This document shows positions 38,818 to 47,154 of a stretch of 64,000 nucleotides of DNA, piece by piece. Numbering within the stretch: position 1 is the stretch's first letter; every line of letters starts with the position of its first letter. Position numbers and translations under genes: made by a program. The notes under the pieces were generated by a model. The model was not told the DNA's origin, did no database searches, and saw only the letters and a list, made by a program, of their open reading frames with translations. The stretch spans positions 77,378 through 141,377 of the forward strand of contig VGPU01000001.1 of NCBI GenBank assembly GCA_016882525.1, read 5' to 3'. The stretch comes from Cyanobacteria bacterium M_surface_10_m2_119 (GTDB taxonomy: Bacteria > Cyanobacteriota > Cyanobacteriia > PCC-6307 > Cyanobiaceae).

Positions 38818-40158
38818 TCAGAGCGGACAGAGCCCGGGTGTCTGGCTGGCCCGCAGCACCTGGCCGATCACGGTGTTCGGGTTGCCGGCGCCATTGGAAA
38901 TGGCACTCACGTAACGGGGGCCTTCAGCAGTGAGCAGCACCCCGCTGATCGCGCGCACCCCCGTGAGGGTGCCGGTCTTGCCATAGAACTGCCCCTGCAG
39001 GCTGCTGCCGTTGTAGAGGTTGCGGAGGGTGCCGCGCTGGCCTGCGACGGCCATCGAGGCGAGGTAGTTGCGACCGTAGGGGTGCTGATCCATCCGCATG
39101 AGCAAGGCGGCCAGAAAGCGACTGGTGAGCCGGTTGGCGCGGTCGAGCCCACTGCCATCGGCGATGCGCACGCCCTGCATGGGCAGGCTCTGGGCCATCA
39201 GCCAGTCCTGGGTGCGCCGCTGGGCCTGGGCCAGATCCCAGCTGCCGGCGGCCTGGCGCATCAACACCTCGGCGGTGAAGTTGTGGCTTTCGCTGTTCGC
39301 CAGGCTCAGCAGGTTGTGCATCGGCGCCGAGGGCTCCTCGTGCAGCAGCACCGCGTCAGCCGGCAGCGGGTTTCGGGCTGACACCAGGGCGAGCTGGGCC
39401 TGGCCTCCCTGCTGATCCACGGCCCGCTGCAGGAGGGTCTGCAGACGGGAGGGCGGATTCATCACCGCATCGTGGATGGCATTGCTGGTAACCGCCAGGC
39501 GGGTGATCGGCGCGCCGTAGGCATAGGTGCGGTCCGCCGGATTCCAGCCACTCGGCCACCACTGCTGCCGGGGTTCCTCCGCCAGTTCCAGGCGCACGCT
39601 CGTGCCGGGTGGCCCGGAGCTGCCGCCCGATCCGAGGGCCAGTTTGGCGAAGCGCTGGAGCTGGGGCAGTGCGAGGTCGGGATCGCCCTCGCCTGTGAGC
39701 CGGAAGCTGCCGTCCGGCAGACGCCAGAGCCTGGTGGACAGGCGGTAGTCGGGGCCCAGCCGATCCAGGGCATAGGCCGTGCTCACCAGCTTCTGGTTCG
39801 AGGCCGGCACGCGGGGGGTGAGGCCATTGACCTCCGCCAGCAGGCGACCGCGGGAGTCGGCGATGCTCACGCTCCAACCACCACTGGCACCGGCAAGGGT
39901 GGCCTGCAGGCGCTGCTGCAGGGGGCCGCAGCTCACCTGCCCCTGCAGCAGCGGCAGGCCGACGGCCGGGGGCGGGGGAGGCAGGGTCGCCATCGGTGCC
40001 GGCCCCAGCTCGGCCAGGTCGGGCCCGGGCACGCTCACCGCGCTGCGGGCGGGGGGCTGGGCCAGGGCGGTGCCCGCCAGCAGCGGCAGGATCAGCGGGG
40101 GGAAGCCCAGCAGCAGCGGGCCCAGGCGGCGGGCGGTGGTCAGGGGGGGATGGGTCAT
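38818..40158 (-). CDS. dacB: D-alanyl-D-alanine carboxypeptidase/endopeptidase (PBP4, peptidase S13)
   Basis: It has a signal-like N-terminus, SxxK (PASNQKL), SxN-like SESHN and KTG (GKTGTL). The start is taken at MTHPPL. Confidence 0.85.
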   Translation of the reverse strand: MTHPPLTTARRLGPLLLGFPPLILPLLAGTALAQPPARSAVSVPGPDLAELGPAPMATLPPPPPAVGLPLLQGQVSCGPLQQRLQATLAGASGGWSVSIADSRGRLLAEVNGLTPRVPASNQKLVSTAYALDRLGPDYRLSTRLWRLPDGSFRLTGEGDPDLALPQLQRFAKLALGSGGSSGPPGTSVRLELAEEPRQQWWPSGWNPADRTYAYGAPITRLAVTSNAIHDAVMNPPSRLQTLLQRAVDQQGGQAQLALVSARNPLPADAVLLHEEPSAPMHNLLSLANSESHNFTAEVLMRQAAGSWDLAQAQRRTQDWLMAQSLPMQGVRIADGSGLDRANRLTSRFLAALLMRMDQHPYGRNYLASMAVAGQRGTLRNLYNGSSLQGQFYGKTGTLTGVRAISGVLLTAEGPRYVSAISNGAGNPNTVIGQVLRASQTPGLCPL

Positions 40159-40162
40159 CGGC

Positions 40163-40699
40163 TCAGCCCTTCTCCACGGCAATGGCAGTGACGGTGCCGT
40201 TCACCCGGAAGCCTTCGCCCTCCAGCTCCACCGGGGCTCCCACCTTCAGCTTCTGGTTGCCGAACACCACCCCTCCGCCGGTGCGGCGCCCCTCACCGCG
40301 CAACTGGAAGCGGGCGTCGAGGTTGCTGAACACGGCCTGGTTGGGATCGGCTGCGGTCACCACCGATCCATTGGGCTGCACCGCCACCAGCCGCCGTTGC
40401 AGGGGCTCCACCGCCGCCACCTTCACGCTGCCGTGGGGCTGGTTGCGGATCACGATCTCCACCCTCCCTTCCTGCCGCACCGCGGCGATCAAGCCCTCGG
40501 GGTTGACCACCGGAATGCCCCGCACGTCCACCGACACGGTGACGGGCACCATGGCGCCGGTGGCCTTGGCCACGGCGCCGGAGAGTTTCGGACTCCACAC
40601 CACCCCGCCGATGGCGGCCAGCACGGCCACACCGGCCGCCAGATCCACCAGGCTCCAGCGGCGGGACGACCCCTGGGGAAAAGCGGCAGCCATGGGCAT
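40163..40699 (-). CDS. DUF4330 domain-containing membrane-anchored protein
   Basis: It starts at MPMAAAF (residue 113 of the track ORF). It has one TM segment (LVDLAAGVAVLAAIGGVVW) followed by a beta-rich domain (VPVTVSVDVRGIP ... VEIVIRNQPHGSVKV). The family name is recalled from memory. Confidence 0.6.
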   Translation of the reverse strand: MPMAAAFPQGSSRRWSLVDLAAGVAVLAAIGGVVWSPKLSGAVAKATGAMVPVTVSVDVRGIPVVNPEGLIAAVRQEGRVEIVIRNQPHGSVKVAAVEPLQRRLVAVQPNGSVVTAADPNQAVFSNLDARFQLRGEGRRTGGGVVFGNQKLKVGAPVELEGEGFRVNGTVTAIAVEKG

Positions 40700-40745
40700 C
40701 AGCGCAGTCGCGCCAGTGTAAGGAGATCCACCCGAGCCCACCAGC

Positions 40746-41441
40746 TCAGCTGCGCAGCCCCTCGATGAAGGCATCGAGCGCCCGCAGGTTGCCCCCCACG
40801 CCGGGCCCCTGCTCGCCGGCCAAGGCCTCCATCTGGGCCTCCAGGTCAGGCTTCTGATCGAAGCGGGCGGCCAGGCGGAAGCCATCGGGATCCTGGCGAT
40901 AGAGCTCCCAGGGCCCCGGGTAGGCGAACCGCAGGGCTGCCCCCTCCTGGGGCTGGAGGGCGTAGGCCGGCTGCCAGGCGGCCAGAAAACCGCGACGGCG
41001 CTCCCGGGCCACACTGCCGATGCCCACAGCCGCATCCTCCAGGGTGCCGTTGAGCATCACCACCGGCCCGGCGTGGGTGGCGCAGAGCTGCTCAAACTCC
41101 TCGTAGTCGGGTTGGGCGGGCGCCAGGGCGAGCAGCAGATCAGAGCTCGGCATGCTGGTCTCCTGGTTCCGGCGCATCTGGCCGCGGAAGTCAGCCACCT
41201 GCTCCGCCAGCTCCGGGGCATCCCGACGGGCCAGGGCTGCGGCGCCAGCATCCGGGCAGAGCAACCGGGCCCCATGCCCGGCTTCCAGCAAGGAGGCACA
41301 GAAGCGCAGGGCCACCGGCAGCAGGCGTAGGCCCTCGAAGCGCCACTCCACGCTCCAACGCCCCCGGGTCTGGGTTGGCAGGGCAGCCAGCACGGCCTCC
41401 AGGGCCTGGGCTTCGGCGCTGCGCAGGTCGGCGGGAAGCAT
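40746..41441 (-). CDS. DUF1995 domain-containing protein
   Basis: 231 aa with the text RWSVEWRFEGLRLLPVALRF ... ARLLCPDAGAAALARRD, typical of this cyanobacteria/plastid family. The assignment is from memory. Confidence 0.6.
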   Translation of the reverse strand: MLPADLRSAEAQALEAVLAALPTQTRGRWSVEWRFEGLRLLPVALRFCASLLEAGHGARLLCPDAGAAALARRDAPELAEQVADFRGQMRRNQETSMPSSDLLLALAPAQPDYEEFEQLCATHAGPVVMLNGTLEDAAVGIGSVARERRRGFLAAWQPAYALQPQEGAALRFAYPGPWELYRQDPDGFRLAARFDQKPDLEAQMEALAGEQGPGVGGNLRALDAFIEGLRS

Positions 41442-41468
41442 GGAGCAGCGGCCTGAACTGGCGCGACC

Positions 41469-42638
41469 CTACGGGGTCGCCGCCAGCTCCTGGCGTGCCT
41501 GCTCGAGGGCAGCCGGGAAGCCCTCCACATCGGCCGGGGCCAGCCACGGCCCCAGGCTGATCCGCAGCCCGCTGCCGGCCTCCGCCTCGCTCAACCCGAG
41601 GGCCCGCAGCACCGGACTGGCGGCCGTGCCCGAGCTGCTGCAGGCCGAACCGCTGCTCACCGCATAGCCCAGCCGATCCAGGGCCCGCACCAGCGCCCGA
41701 CCCGGCAGGGGGCGACCCTCGGGGTCTGCCACCCGCAGGCTGAGGTGGTGGGGCAGGCGGCGTTGGGGCTGCTGCAGGGGGTCGGGACCGGTGAGCGTGA
41801 GGCCAGCAAGGGGATGCAGCTGTTGCCAGAGGCGATCGCGCAGCCTGGCGAGGGGATCCAGTCCCCCCGAGCCGGCGAGTCTGGACACGCCCAGCTCGAG
41901 TGCCAGGGCCAAGCCAACCGCCAGGGCCACCGGTTCGGTGCCGGCCCGGCGGCCGCCCTCCTGGCCCCCACCTCCCTGAAGGGCATCCAGGGCATGACCG
42001 GAGCGCACCAGCAATGCTCCGATGCCCCTGGGCCCCTGGATCTTGTGGCCCGCCAGGCTGAGCAGATCCACCGGCAACTGGGCGAAGTCGATCGGCAGAT
42101 GGCCCACCACCTGCACCGCATCCACGTGCAGGGGCACCCCTGCCTCCCGGCAGCGGCGACCGATCAGCTCGAGATCCTGGAGGGAGCCCACCTCGCTCTG
42201 GCCCCAGATCAGGGATACCAGCTTCGTGGGCGGCTCCAGGGCCTCGTCCAGGGCATCCAGATCCAGCAGGCCGCAGGCATCGACCGGCACGCGTTGCACC
42301 GTCCACCCCCGGCACTCCAGTTGCCGGGCCGCCGCTTCCGTGGCTGGGTGTTCCACACTGGAGATCAGCAGCCGCCCAGGAGCGCCGCGGTCTGCCGTAC
42401 CCAGCAGGGCCAGATGGATCGCCTCCGTGCCGCCGGAGGTGAACACCACTTCATCCGGCTCACAACCCAGGGCGGCGGCGCTCTGCCAGCGGGCCCGTTC
42501 CAGGGCCTCGGCCGCCGCCTGGCCCTGGCGATGGAGGCTCGAGGGATTGCCCCAGGCTTCAGCCTGCACCGCGGCCATCGCCTCCAGCACCGCCGCGGCG
42601 GGTGGGGACGTGGCGGAGGCGTCCAGGTAGACCGCCAT
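41469..42638 (-). CDS. Cysteine desulfurase (class V aminotransferase, NifS/IscS-like)
   Basis: 389 aa. It has YLDASATSP, NPSSLH, a PLP-lysine context SLAGHKIQGPRGIGAL and an active-site loop SSGSACSS. Confidence 0.88.
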   Translation of the reverse strand: MAVYLDASATSPPAAAVLEAMAAVQAEAWGNPSSLHRQGQAAAEALERARWQSAAALGCEPDEVVFTSGGTEAIHLALLGTADRGAPGRLLISSVEHPATEAAARQLECRGWTVQRVPVDACGLLDLDALDEALEPPTKLVSLIWGQSEVGSLQDLELIGRRCREAGVPLHVDAVQVVGHLPIDFAQLPVDLLSLAGHKIQGPRGIGALLVRSGHALDALQGGGGQEGGRRAGTEPVALAVGLALALELGVSRLAGSGGLDPLARLRDRLWQQLHPLAGLTLTGPDPLQQPQRRLPHHLSLRVADPEGRPLPGRALVRALDRLGYAVSSGSACSSSGTAASPVLRALGLSEAEAGSGLRISLGPWLAPADVEGFPAALEQARQELAATP

Positions 42639-43775
42639 TCAGCCGGAGAGACCGGTGTCGCGCTCGAAGCGCGCGCGCGTGCGGGCTTCGAGGGAATTGG
42701 TCGCCAGCGCCACCAGGTCGTCGAGGGAACTGCTGTTGAGCAGGGCCTCCACCCGGGCGCGGGCCTCGGCGGAGGGGCAGGCCTCGGGGCGGATGCAGCC
42801 GTTCACGCAGGCGACGGCGCAGTCAACGGCATCTCCTGATGGAGCGGAGGCTGCCGAGGGTGCAGCTGTTGCAGAGGCGCGTGGCTCGACCGCCTCGACT
42901 GCCCCCTCCGGCTCGCCCTCCCAGAGCTGCGGCGCGACGACGGCATCGAAGACCGCCTCCGCAGGCCCGGTCATCAGGATGTGGCCACTGGCCTCATCCC
43001 ACAGAATCTCGAGTGGGCCGCCGGGAAGATCCATCCGAGCCTGGCGGTCCGCCAGGCCGAGGCGATGGCACACCACCAGGGTGGCGCAGGCCCCCGTGCC
43101 GCAGGCAAGGGTGGGGCCGGCCCCCCGCTCCCACACCTTCATCACCAGGTGGCCGCGATCCAGCACTTGCACGAAGTGCACGTTCGTCTTGGCGGGGAAG
43201 GAGGCATGCACCTCCAGGGCCGCCCCCCACGTCTCCAGATCCACTGCCGCCAGGTCGGCCACCGGAATCACCACGTGGGGATTACCCATGCCAGCGGCGC
43301 CAACGGCAAAGCTCTGCCCTGCCGCCTCGAGGGACCCCTGGGGAATGCCGCTCTCCCCCAGGGGCAGGGTAGTGGGCACGGTCTCGGGCTGGAGGAAGGG
43401 GGCGCCCATGTCCACGCAGATGGTGCCGTCGGCCTGGAGCTCGGGCACGATCCGGCCGGCCAGGGTTTCGATCTGCCAGCGGCGTCCGCTCTGATCACCG
43501 TCACTGTCTGCCAGGAAGCGGGCCAAGCAGCGGATGCCGTTGCCGCACATCTCCGGTTCGCTGCCATCGGCATTGAAGATCCGCATGCGCAGTTCCCCGT
43601 CCTGGCGGGGCGGCAGGGCCAGGATCACGCCATCGGCGCCGATGCCGAAGCGCCGGTCACAGAGCCGCTGCACCCGCTCCGGCGTGAATCCCAGGGTGTC
43701 GTCATCGCCCGCCGAGCGACCGTCAACCATGAGGAAATCGTTCCCCAGACCTTGATACTTGCTGAACTGGAGCAC
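42639..43775 (-). CDS. dapF: Diaminopimelate epimerase with an atypical 93-aa Cys-containing C-terminal extension
   Basis: Residues 1-285 are canonical DapF, with FSKYQGLGNDFLMVD and catalytic Cys contexts (EPEMCGNGIRC and TLACGTGACA). Residues 286-378 are an Ala/Pro/Ser linker followed by CAVACVNGCIRPEAC and a helical tail. It has a GTG start. Confidence 0.9.
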   Translation of the reverse strand: MLQFSKYQGLGNDFLMVDGRSAGDDDTLGFTPERVQRLCDRRFGIGADGVILALPPRQDGELRMRIFNADGSEPEMCGNGIRCLARFLADSDGDQSGRRWQIETLAGRIVPELQADGTICVDMGAPFLQPETVPTTLPLGESGIPQGSLEAAGQSFAVGAAGMGNPHVVIPVADLAAVDLETWGAALEVHASFPAKTNVHFVQVLDRGHLVMKVWERGAGPTLACGTGACATLVVCHRLGLADRQARMDLPGGPLEILWDEASGHILMTGPAEAVFDAVVAPQLWEGEPEGAVEAVEPRASATAAPSAASAPSGDAVDCAVACVNGCIRPEACPSAEARARVEALLNSSSLDDLVALATNSLEARTRARFERDTGLSG

Positions 43776-43807
43776 GATGGGAGCGTCCGGAGCCAGGTGC
43801 GAATCCT

Positions 43808-44047
43808 ATGCAGAGCTTTCTCGAACGCCGCTCGCCGACGCTCGATACGGCCCAGCCCAGCATTCGCCACATCCAGGAGCTGATTCGCCGCAAGGCCCCG
43901 ATCGCCCTGATGGTGAGCGGTGGCCATGAATACGAAGGAATCCTGCGCTGGCAGGACCTCCAGTACTTCGCCCTGGATCCGGGCGAGAACCGTCCCCTGA
44001 TCCTGATCAATCGCCACAGCGTCAGCGTGCTGCGGGCCCTGGCCTGA
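43808..44047 (+). CDS. hfq: Cyanobacterial-type Hfq (Sm-like RNA-binding protein)
   Basis: 79 aa. QPSIRHIQELIRRKAPIALMVSGGHEYEGILRWQDLQYFAL matches my recollection of Synechocystis Ssr3341 ([35 protein letters not shown]). The divergent dapF neighbour fits the arrangement I recall from other cyanobacteria. Confidence 0.75.
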   Translation: MQSFLERRSPTLDTAQPSIRHIQELIRRKAPIALMVSGGHEYEGILRWQDLQYFALDPGENRPLILINRHSVSVLRALA

Positions 44048-44089
44048 ACGGGCCTGTGGCACCATCACAGGCCAGCCGCCCGACCTGTC

Positions 44090-46696
44090 GTGAGCGACGC
44101 CTCCCGCTACCAACCCCAGGCCATTGAGGAACGCTGGCAGCAGCACTGGCAGGCCCAGGGGGCCGATGCCACTCCTGAGCCGCAGGGCAGAGCAGCACAA
44201 CCCTTCTACGCCCTCTCGATGTTCCCCTATCCCTCGGGGAACCTGCACATGGGGCATGTGCGCAACTACGTCATCACCGACGTGATCGCCCGGGTGCAGC
44301 GGATGCGCGGCTGCAACGTGCTCCATCCGATGGGCTGGGATGCCTTCGGCCTGCCTGCAGAGAACGCGGCGATCGAGCGGGGGGTCGATCCGGGCGACTG
44401 GACCGACCGCAACATCGCCGCCATGCGGGCCCAGCTGCAGCGCCTCGGCCTCTCGATCGACTGGAGCCGGGAGGTGGCCACCTGCCACAGCGACTACTAC
44501 CGCTGGACCCAGTGGCTGTTCCTGCAGTTCCTGGAGGCGGGCCTGGCATACCAGAAAGAAGCCACCGTCAACTGGGATCCGATCGATCAGACGGTGCTGG
44601 CCAACGAACAGGTGAACAGCGAGGGGCGTTCCTGGCGCTCCGGCGCCCTTGTGGAGAAGCGCAAGCTGCGCCAGTGGTTCCTGAAGATCACCGCCTACGC
44701 CGACCAGCTGCTCGACGACCTGCCCAAGCTGGAGGGCTGGCCCGAGCGGGTGCGCACCATGCAGGCCAACTGGATCGGCCGCAGCACCGGCGCCGAGCTC
44801 AGCTTCCCCGTGGTCGCCGCCGATGGCAGCGACACCGGCGAGGCAATCACCGTGTTCACCACCCGGCCGGACACCATCTTCGGCGCCAGCTATGTGGTGC
44901 TGGCCCCCGAACATCCGCTGGTGGCCGAGCTCACCACCGCCGAGCAGGCGATCCACGTGGAGGCCTTCTGTGATCTGGTGGCGCGCCAGAGCGAGCAGGA
45001 GCGCACGGCCGATGACAAACCCAAGCGTGGCGTGCCGATCGGCGCCCGGGTTCGCAATCCGGCCAACGGGGAGCTGATTCCTCTGTGGATCGCCGACTAC
45101 GTGCTCGCTGAATACGGCACAGGCGCGGTGATGGGCGTGCCCGCCCACGACCAGCGCGACTTTGTCTTCGCCCGCCAGTACGAGCTGCCGGTGTGCCAGG
45201 TGATCATCCCCGAGGGCAGCGACGAGCACGCCTATGAGGGCGGTGCCTGGACTGAGCCCGGGGTGCTGATCCACTCGGGCCGCTTCGATGGCCTGCCCAG
45301 CGGTGAGGCCAAGGCGGCGATCACGGCGGCGGCTGAAGCAGAGGGCTGGGGCCGGGCCCGCACCACCTACCGCCTGCGCGACTGGCTGATCTCCCGCCAG
45401 CGCTACTGGGGCTGTCCGATCCCGGTGATTCAATGCGACAGCTGCGGCGTGGTGCCGGTGCCGGCCGACCAGCTGCCGGTGGAGCTGCCCCGCGATGTGG
45501 CGTTTTCGGGGAAGGGCGGATCCCCCCTGGCCCAGCTCGAGAGCTGGTGGCGTGTCGACTGCCCCTGCTGCGGCAGGCCCGCCCGCCGGGAAACAGACAC
45601 CATGGACACCTTCATGTGCTCCAGCTGGTATTTCCTGCGCTACAGCGATCCCCAGAACACGGCCCTGCCCTTCTCCCGGGAGGCGGTGGATTCCTGGCTG
45701 CCGGTGGATCAGTACGTGGGCGGCATCGAGCACGCCATCCTGCACCTGCTCTACGCCCGTTTCTTCACCAAGGTGCTGCGCGACCGGGGCCTGCTGGGCT
45801 TCGATGAACCGTTTGCCCGCCTGCTCACCCAGGGCATGGTGCAGGGCATCACCTACAAGAACCCCCACAGCGGCAAATACATCGCCCCGGCGGATGTGGC
45901 CGACCCCAGCGATCCCCGCGACCCTGTCACGGGCGAGGTGCTGGAGGTGTTCTACGAAAAGATGTCGAAGTCGAAGTACAACGGCGTGGATCCGGCCGTG
46001 GTGATCGACAAATACGGCGCCGACACCGCGCGGATGTTCATCCTGTTCAAGGCACCACCCGAGAAGGATCTGGAGTGGGACGATGCCGATGTGGAAGGCC
46101 AGTTCCGCTTCCTGCAGCGCATCTGGCGGCTGGTGGACGGGGCGGTGGAGCGGGGCCTGGGCCTGGCGGACAGCGCCGAGCTCTCCCTGCCTGAGGCCAC
46201 AGCCCTCAGCCCAGGGGAGAAGGAGCTGCGCCGCGCCGTGCACACGGCCATCCGCTCGGTGAGCGAAGACCTCGAGGGCGAGCTGCAGTTCAACACTGCC
46301 GTGGCGGAGTTGATGAAGCTCAGCAATGCCATGGGCGAACATCTGGCCGCCGCCAGCGAGCCGGTGGCCTGCGAAGGGCTGCGCACCCTGCTGTTGCTGC
46401 TGGCGCCCTTCGCCCCCCACCTGGCGGAGGAGCTCTGGGAGCGGCTGGGCGCCACCAGCATCCACCGGCAACCCTGGCCCGCGAGCGACGCTGCGGCGCT
46501 GGTGCGCGACACGGTGCCCCTGGTGATCCAGGTGAAGGGCAAGGTGCGCGGCAATCTGGAGGTACCCGCCGACGCCGACAAGGCCACCCTGGAGCAGTTG
46601 GCGCTTGCGAGCGACATTGCCGCCAAGTGGCTGGAGGGCAGGGCCCCCAGCCGGGTGATTGTTGTTCCCGGCAAACTGGTGAATTTGGTGCCCTGA
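44090..46696 (+). CDS. leuS: Leucine--tRNA ligase
   Basis: 868 aa. It has HIGH ([15 protein letters not shown]), KMSKS ([11 protein letters not shown]) and a CP1 editing domain. It has a GTG start. Confidence 0.96.
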   Translation: MSDASRYQPQAIEERWQQHWQAQGADATPEPQGRAAQPFYALSMFPYPSGNLHMGHVRNYVITDVIARVQRMRGCNVLHPMGWDAFGLPAENAAIERGVDPGDWTDRNIAAMRAQLQRLGLSIDWSREVATCHSDYYRWTQWLFLQFLEAGLAYQKEATVNWDPIDQTVLANEQVNSEGRSWRSGALVEKRKLRQWFLKITAYADQLLDDLPKLEGWPERVRTMQANWIGRSTGAELSFPVVAADGSDTGEAITVFTTRPDTIFGASYVVLAPEHPLVAELTTAEQAIHVEAFCDLVARQSEQERTADDKPKRGVPIGARVRNPANGELIPLWIADYVLAEYGTGAVMGVPAHDQRDFVFARQYELPVCQVIIPEGSDEHAYEGGAWTEPGVLIHSGRFDGLPSGEAKAAITAAAEAEGWGRARTTYRLRDWLISRQRYWGCPIPVIQCDSCGVVPVPADQLPVELPRDVAFSGKGGSPLAQLESWWRVDCPCCGRPARRETDTMDTFMCSSWYFLRYSDPQNTALPFSREAVDSWLPVDQYVGGIEHAILHLLYARFFTKVLRDRGLLGFDEPFARLLTQGMVQGITYKNPHSGKYIAPADVADPSDPRDPVTGEVLEVFYEKMSKSKYNGVDPAVVIDKYGADTARMFILFKAPPEKDLEWDDADVEGQFRFLQRIWRLVDGAVERGLGLADSAELSLPEATALSPGEKELRRAVHTAIRSVSEDLEGELQFNTAVAELMKLSNAMGEHLAAASEPVACEGLRTLLLLLAPFAPHLAEELWERLGATSIHRQPWPASDAAALVRDTVPLVIQVKGKVRGNLEVPADADKATLEQLALASDIAAKWLEGRAPSRVIVVPGKLVNLVP

Positions 46697-46974
46697 TGCA
46701 GGCGATCTGGAACGGCCAGGTGATCGCCACCAGTGACGACATCGTCACGGTGGAGGGCAACGCCTATTTCCCTTCGGACTCCCTTGATCCGCAGTCCATC
46801 CAACCGTCCACCCACCGCAGCCACTGCGGCTGGAAAGGGGAGGCCCACTACTACGACGTGGTGGTGAACGGCCAGGTGAATGCCCGGGCGGCCTGGTTCT
46901 ACCCCGATCCCAAACCGGCTGCAGCAGACATTCGGGGCAGGGTGGCGTTCTGGAAAGGCGTGCAGGTGCGCTGA
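46696..46974 (+). CDS. DUF427 domain-containing protein
   Basis: 92 aa: [26 protein letters not shown] ... CGWKGEAHYYDVVVNG ... AAWFYPDP. Its ATG overlaps the leuS TGA by 1 nt. Confidence 0.65.
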   Translation: MQAIWNGQVIATSDDIVTVEGNAYFPSDSLDPQSIQPSTHRSHCGWKGEAHYYDVVVNGQVNARAAWFYPDPKPAAADIRGRVAFWKGVQVR

Positions 46975-47154
46975 CTTCCCGAACGACCAACGGCCTGTCG
47001 ATAACGCCGGAGTTGACGGATCGCGCCCATCTCAGCTGAATCGCATCACAAACTGGCCTTATCAGAGAACAGTGCGCTTGTGAATCCATCCGTCACAAAT
47101 CATCCTCCGGGATCTCCTGGTCCCTACGGTTGAAGCAGGGAAAAGGCAGGCGGG

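Noticed and set aside
43625-46471. A 948-aa minus-strand ORF lies opposite leuS.
   Set aside because: It is a shadow of leuS, which has clear HIGH and KMSKS motifs on the plus strand. The composition is low-complexity Gly/Ala/Arg/His-rich with no recognisable domains.
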